DNA of 64,000 nt from IMG/VR virus record IMGVR_UViG_2721755587_000001; one strand, written 5' to 3'. This stretch comes from a virus (lineage: Duplodnaviria > Caudoviricetes). Both the position numbers and the translations under genes were made by a program. Of this stretch, positions 60,741-64,000 are shown in pieces (position 1 is the first letter of the stretch; the number at the start of each line of letters is the position of its first letter). The notes beneath the pieces were generated by a model. That model was not told where the DNA came from. It saw only the letters and a list, made by a program, of their open reading frames with translations, and searched no databases.

Positions 60741-61307
60741 ATGTTGCTTCATCACTTCGACAGCGAAACGGGGCAGTATCTGAGCAGTACGCTGGCAGAG
60801 GCCGACCCTCGCAATCAGGACCGCTGGTTGCAGCCGGCCTTCACCACTCCGGATGCGTTGCCCGATCGAACTCGCTATACCTGGCCGGTGCGGCGGGCTG
60901 ACGCATGGGTACTCGTCCCCGACTACCGGGGCGTGCTTGCCTACCGGCAAGACACGGGCGAGGCGGTCGAGGTCATCCAGATTGGGAAGACGCTGGCCGA
61001 TCTGGGTCTGGCAGATACCCCGCGCCCGTCCAGCGACTACTCCTGGGAGGCAGGGGGATGGGCCTTGAACTCAACCTTGGTGGATACCAGGCTGCGGGCA
61101 GAGGCCTTGGCGGAAATGGAGAGACGCGTCATCCAGGCACGGCAAATGACCGCCGGCAAGGCGGATGCGTTCGCCGCCGGGCTTCTCTCGGATGCCGAAG
61201 TCGCAAGCTTCAAGGCATGGGCAGCATATCAGCTCGCCGTGGCAAAAGTCGTAGACCAGGCCGGGTATCCTGCCAGCATCGTCTGGCCGGATCCTCCAGC
61301 AGCGTAA
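60741..61307 (+). CDS. Tail fibre assembly chaperone
   Basis: W.LVPDYRG, W..Y..A...V.Q.GYP..I.WP.PP. Confidence 0.85.
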   Translation: MLLHHFDSETGQYLSSTLAEADPRNQDRWLQPAFTTPDALPDRTRYTWPVRRADAWVLVPDYRGVLAYRQDTGEAVEVIQIGKTLADLGLADTPRPSSDYSWEAGGWALNSTLVDTRLRAEALAEMERRVIQARQMTAGKADAFAAGLLSDAEVASFKAWAAYQLAVAKVVDQAGYPASIVWPDPPAA

Positions 61308-61313
61308 GCCGGC

Positions 61314-61694
61314 ATGAGCATCGAGCAGAATACCGCCTCGGTCAGCGACTTCTACAAGCGCGTCCGGACATTCGCCTCGCAGACCCCAGTCTGGGGTACA
61401 GCGCTGCGCTACCAGACCATGCCGGACGAGCGCTGGGACATGACTTTGGTCTCACAGCGCGTGTATGGCAGGCGGGATGAGTTTCTGGCTGTCATGGCGG
61501 CCGCCGGCCTGGACTCGATCGAGCAGCAACTGACGGAGCAGTTGCTGGTGCTGCCAACCGAGGCGCAGTTGAAGGACATCAAGACGGCGGCCGGGTTTGT
61601 GAACTTGGCCGATGATCGACCAGTCACGAGCCCGACGGCCATCCCGCCAGAGTACGCGCTGCTCCTTGGCAGCCTCACCAACGGGACAAGTTAA
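61314..61694 (+). CDS. Putative baseplate LysM/X-like protein
   Basis: D.TLVS.RVYG.R.E...V..AAG. Confidence 0.5.
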   Translation: MSIEQNTASVSDFYKRVRTFASQTPVWGTALRYQTMPDERWDMTLVSQRVYGRRDEFLAVMAAAGLDSIEQQLTEQLLVLPTEAQLKDIKTAAGFVNLADDRPVTSPTAIPPEYALLLGSLTNGTS

Positions 61695-62702
61695 GTGGCA
61701 CCTCCACGTTCGAAGGCCGACCAGATCAAGGACCTGGTCAATCATCGTGGCTCGGTCAAGGAGGCTCGCGAGCGCCTCAAGGCCGACCAGGACAGGCGGG
61801 CGCGTGCATCCACACTCCTATCCCCGGCGGACGTCCGGGGCGAATACGATGCCGAGCGAGTGCTTAAAACAACACTCGGCGGCGAACTGCGGACGATCAC
61901 GGTCGAGGATCTGCAGGCGTTTCGTGACAACATTGCCACGATTGGGCGACACTACAAAAAGGGCCTGACGGCCCAAAAGGTGATCAACCTGGCCCGGCCG
62001 GAAGACCGGGAGAGGGCGAACCAGCAGATCCACCATGCGATTCCGGCTGGCGCGAATCGCGGAACTGTGCGGTTCATCACCAATGCCGGGCCAAATTCCG
62101 ACGTGGCGCGGCATCATGTCCATGTGGATTTAATGGGCTACTCGGTGGCCACGGCATCGCCGCTGGACCCGAAGAAGCTCGCGACGGAGCTGGTGAAAAA
62201 GAGCCCGCTGCGCCTATGGTGCGACTGCGGGCGCTGGCGCTTTTGGTATGGGTACATTGCCACGATTGGAGGCTTCAACCTCGTCTACAACGAGACCGCG
62301 TTTCCGAAGATCAAGAACCCCATGCTGACTGGCGTGGCCTGCAAGCATATCTTGCGGGTGATGCACGAGCTCCAGCGGAGCACGTCGATCCGTAACGTGG
62401 TGGCTCAGATGATCGAGCGCGGCCAGTCCGACGAGGCTAGGAAGCACGCCACTATTAGCAAGGAGCAGGCCGAGAAGATCGCCAAGCAGCAGGCGCGCAA
62501 GCGAAGCGAGATCCAGGTCAAGCACCCACAGAAAGAGGTCAAGGCACTACAGAAGATCGTCGCAGCGAAGAAGGCCCCGCCGAAGAAGGACGCCGACCAG
62601 GCGCGATTCGATGCTGAGCGCAACTTGCGCCGGCTGAAGGAACTCGGCCAGATCTCCGATGCGGATTTCAAGACGATCATGACGACGTTGAGGAAGAAAT
62701 AA
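61695..62702 (+). CDS. SWIM-type Zn-finger phage protein
   Basis: CDC.R...ACKH. Confidence 0.55.
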   Translation: MAPPRSKADQIKDLVNHRGSVKEARERLKADQDRRARASTLLSPADVRGEYDAERVLKTTLGGELRTITVEDLQAFRDNIATIGRHYKKGLTAQKVINLARPEDRERANQQIHHAIPAGANRGTVRFITNAGPNSDVARHHVHVDLMGYSVATASPLDPKKLATELVKKSPLRLWCDCGRWRFWYGYIATIGGFNLVYNETAFPKIKNPMLTGVACKHILRVMHELQRSTSIRNVVAQMIERGQSDEARKHATISKEQAEKIAKQQARKRSEIQVKHPQKEVKALQKIVAAKKAPPKKDADQARFDAERNLRRLKELGQISDADFKTIMTTLRKK

Positions 62703-62704
62703 CC

Positions 62705-63211
62705 ATGCTAAACAAGGTCCCTCAAGACATCAACAGGGCGGCGCGTGCGGTGGTGCTACGCCACCCGAACAATATGGACTGTGCCGTCTATCGCAAGGTC
62801 GTCAACCGTGCCAACATGCCGCCGGACGACTTGGGAGGATTGCCGACGCTCGGCGGCTTGGCCGTGCTCGATTCTGAAGACGAGCCAGACGTCGACTGGG
62901 ATGACCTGGGATACGGCAAGCTCCTCATCACCGAAGCCTACGGCGGCGGCCAAGTCGTGAACCGAGACGACGCGATCGACATGACATCGGCCCAGATGTA
63001 TGCCCTGGTGGAGTTCGTTGACCTGCATACCGATCCCGACAGGCGCGTGGTGCAGAAACATGATGTGGTCTACCTGCTGCTAGCCGACGAGATCAAGATC
63101 GCCTACGAGGTTATGGAAGTTGATGGGGCGGTCAACATTCCCCCATACGCACGGAAATATCTGCTGTCCAAGCGAGACGACCTCACGTACATCGGCGGCT
63201 TTCCTGACTAA
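62705..63211 (+). CDS. Putative head-tail structural protein
   Basis: 168 aa in the late operon. Confidence 0.45.
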   Translation: MLNKVPQDINRAARAVVLRHPNNMDCAVYRKVVNRANMPPDDLGGLPTLGGLAVLDSEDEPDVDWDDLGYGKLLITEAYGGGQVVNRDDAIDMTSAQMYALVEFVDLHTDPDRRVVQKHDVVYLLLADEIKIAYEVMEVDGAVNIPPYARKYLLSKRDDLTYIGGFPD

Positions 63212-63423
63212 ATGGCTAGCTGAACCTCAATAACGTCGAAGCCCTGGCCACGAACGCAGAGGTACTGGCCTTGGGCGGCCTCATTTACCGCCTTGCGCGC
63301 GTCGTCGCGCTTCAGACCCCGATCGCGCAGTTCCCGAACAGCCGCAGCCTTCGAATAGGCGAGTGCAAAGCTGTTCACGCCGGCATATGCGCCATTCCCG
63401 ATCTTGATCCTTGTGGTGCTCAT
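63208..63423 (-). CDS. Small hypothetical protein under operator control
   Basis: ATG 63423 with RBS; operator at 63459. Confidence 0.5.
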   Translation of the reverse strand: MSTTRIKIGNGAYAGVNSFALAYSKAAAVRELRDRGLKRDDARKAVNEAAQGQYLCVRGQGFDVIEVQLAI

Positions 63424-63586
63424 AGTGGGAGTCCTTGCTTGTCAATTTGAGCTAATAATAGTCATATAAGGCTAAAAAGGCAAGCGCAATTATGCCGTCT
63501 AGAGCGGCAACCATTGGCAACCGGAAAAACCCTCGTAGTCCAGCCAACGTGGCCCCGTACCATCGCCTCATCTATAAGGGGCGAGC

Positions 63587-64000
63587 ATGTCTTGGCTTGA
63601 TTACTGCATTCTCACTGGCGCGGAGGCGAATCAACTTGCCGCCGGCCACCTACCAGCAGCAAATACCATCGGTGGCAATGTCGCAGTTTCCATTGAGTCT
63701 GAGGATGGGTCACCGTTAGTCCTATATGGCTTGGTCGTGGGTGTCAGCTTCACGGCGGAGAAGGTTCGCTATGCCGTCGCATTCGCCGTTTCCCCGGAGC
63801 CGCGCGATGGTCTCACCCTATACGCCGTCGTCGGCGGGATCCCGTCCGAACTGGTGTCGCCCAATGACGCGGGCACTCGGGATGGTGTAAGCGAGGATGC
63901 TTTCGCTCTGCTCGAGCGCGCCGCCCATGACGGGGCATTCGGGGACAACAACCTTCCGTTGCCTACGCCTGCGCAGTGCCTGGCGAACGACTACAAGGTC
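63587..64000 (+). CDS. Partial ORF (runs off the window), possibly a large polyvalent/DarB-like virion protein
   Basis: Open frame MSWLDY...LPLPTPAQCLANDYKV, resembling the PT.AQ..AGNYK motif of InPase-like domains. Confidence 0.45.
   Translation, partial: MSWLDYCILTGAEANQLAAGHLPAANTIGGNVAVSIESEDGSPLVLYGLVVGVSFTAEKVRYAVAFAVSPEPRDGLTLYAVVGGIPSELVSPNDAGTRDGVSEDAFALLERAAHDGAFGDNNLPLPTPAQCLANDYKV

Larger units (their letters stand above)
1..64000. mobile_element. Integrated prophage (left portion; P1-like myovirus structural genes with a lambdoid-style integrase/repressor module); extends beyond the right edge
   Basis: Integrase at the left end; repressor/Cro, terminases, baseplate, tail fibre and head protease present; no host housekeeping genes seen. 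Confidence 0.93.

Noticed and set aside
2149-63476. 26-bp near-identical repeat at 2149-2174 and 63451-63476 as possible attL/attR
   Set aside because: Both copies are operator-containing leftward promoters, and phage genes continue outside both
63717-63732. Operator-like TAGTCCTATATGGCTT
   Set aside because: Lies inside the ORF starting at 63587; may be chance

Overview
This 64-kb window is the left part of a large integrated temperate phage, probably from a GC-rich beta-proteobacterium such as Cupriavidus, Ralstonia or Burkholderia (inferred from composition, RdgC and a CTGT-N8-ACAG LexA box). It starts at the stop codon of a tyrosine integrase. A leftward early operon follows, carrying a complete diversity-generating retroelement (DGR) and recombination genes. 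Next come a repressor/Cro switch, replication genes, DNA-modification genes (DpdA-like, two methyltransferases), many candidate anti-defence genes, terminase subunits 10 kb apart, and a P1-like myovirus morphogenesis region with interspersed morons that runs off the right edge. Main observations: (1) the DGR has one 110-nt template repeat and two tandem small DUF1566-type targets that are not tail fibres, each with 13 adenine-specific changes; (2) a 2.2-kb promoter-to-terminator non-coding region holds one tRNA-Gly inside an array of tRNA-like modules with interlocking helices; (3) about 15 dispersed TAGCC-N6-GGCTA-like operator sites; (4) a late-promoter motif, GGAAAA-N29-(-10-like), with identical spacing at 7 sites. 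Protein family calls come from motif recognition only; no database searches were run.
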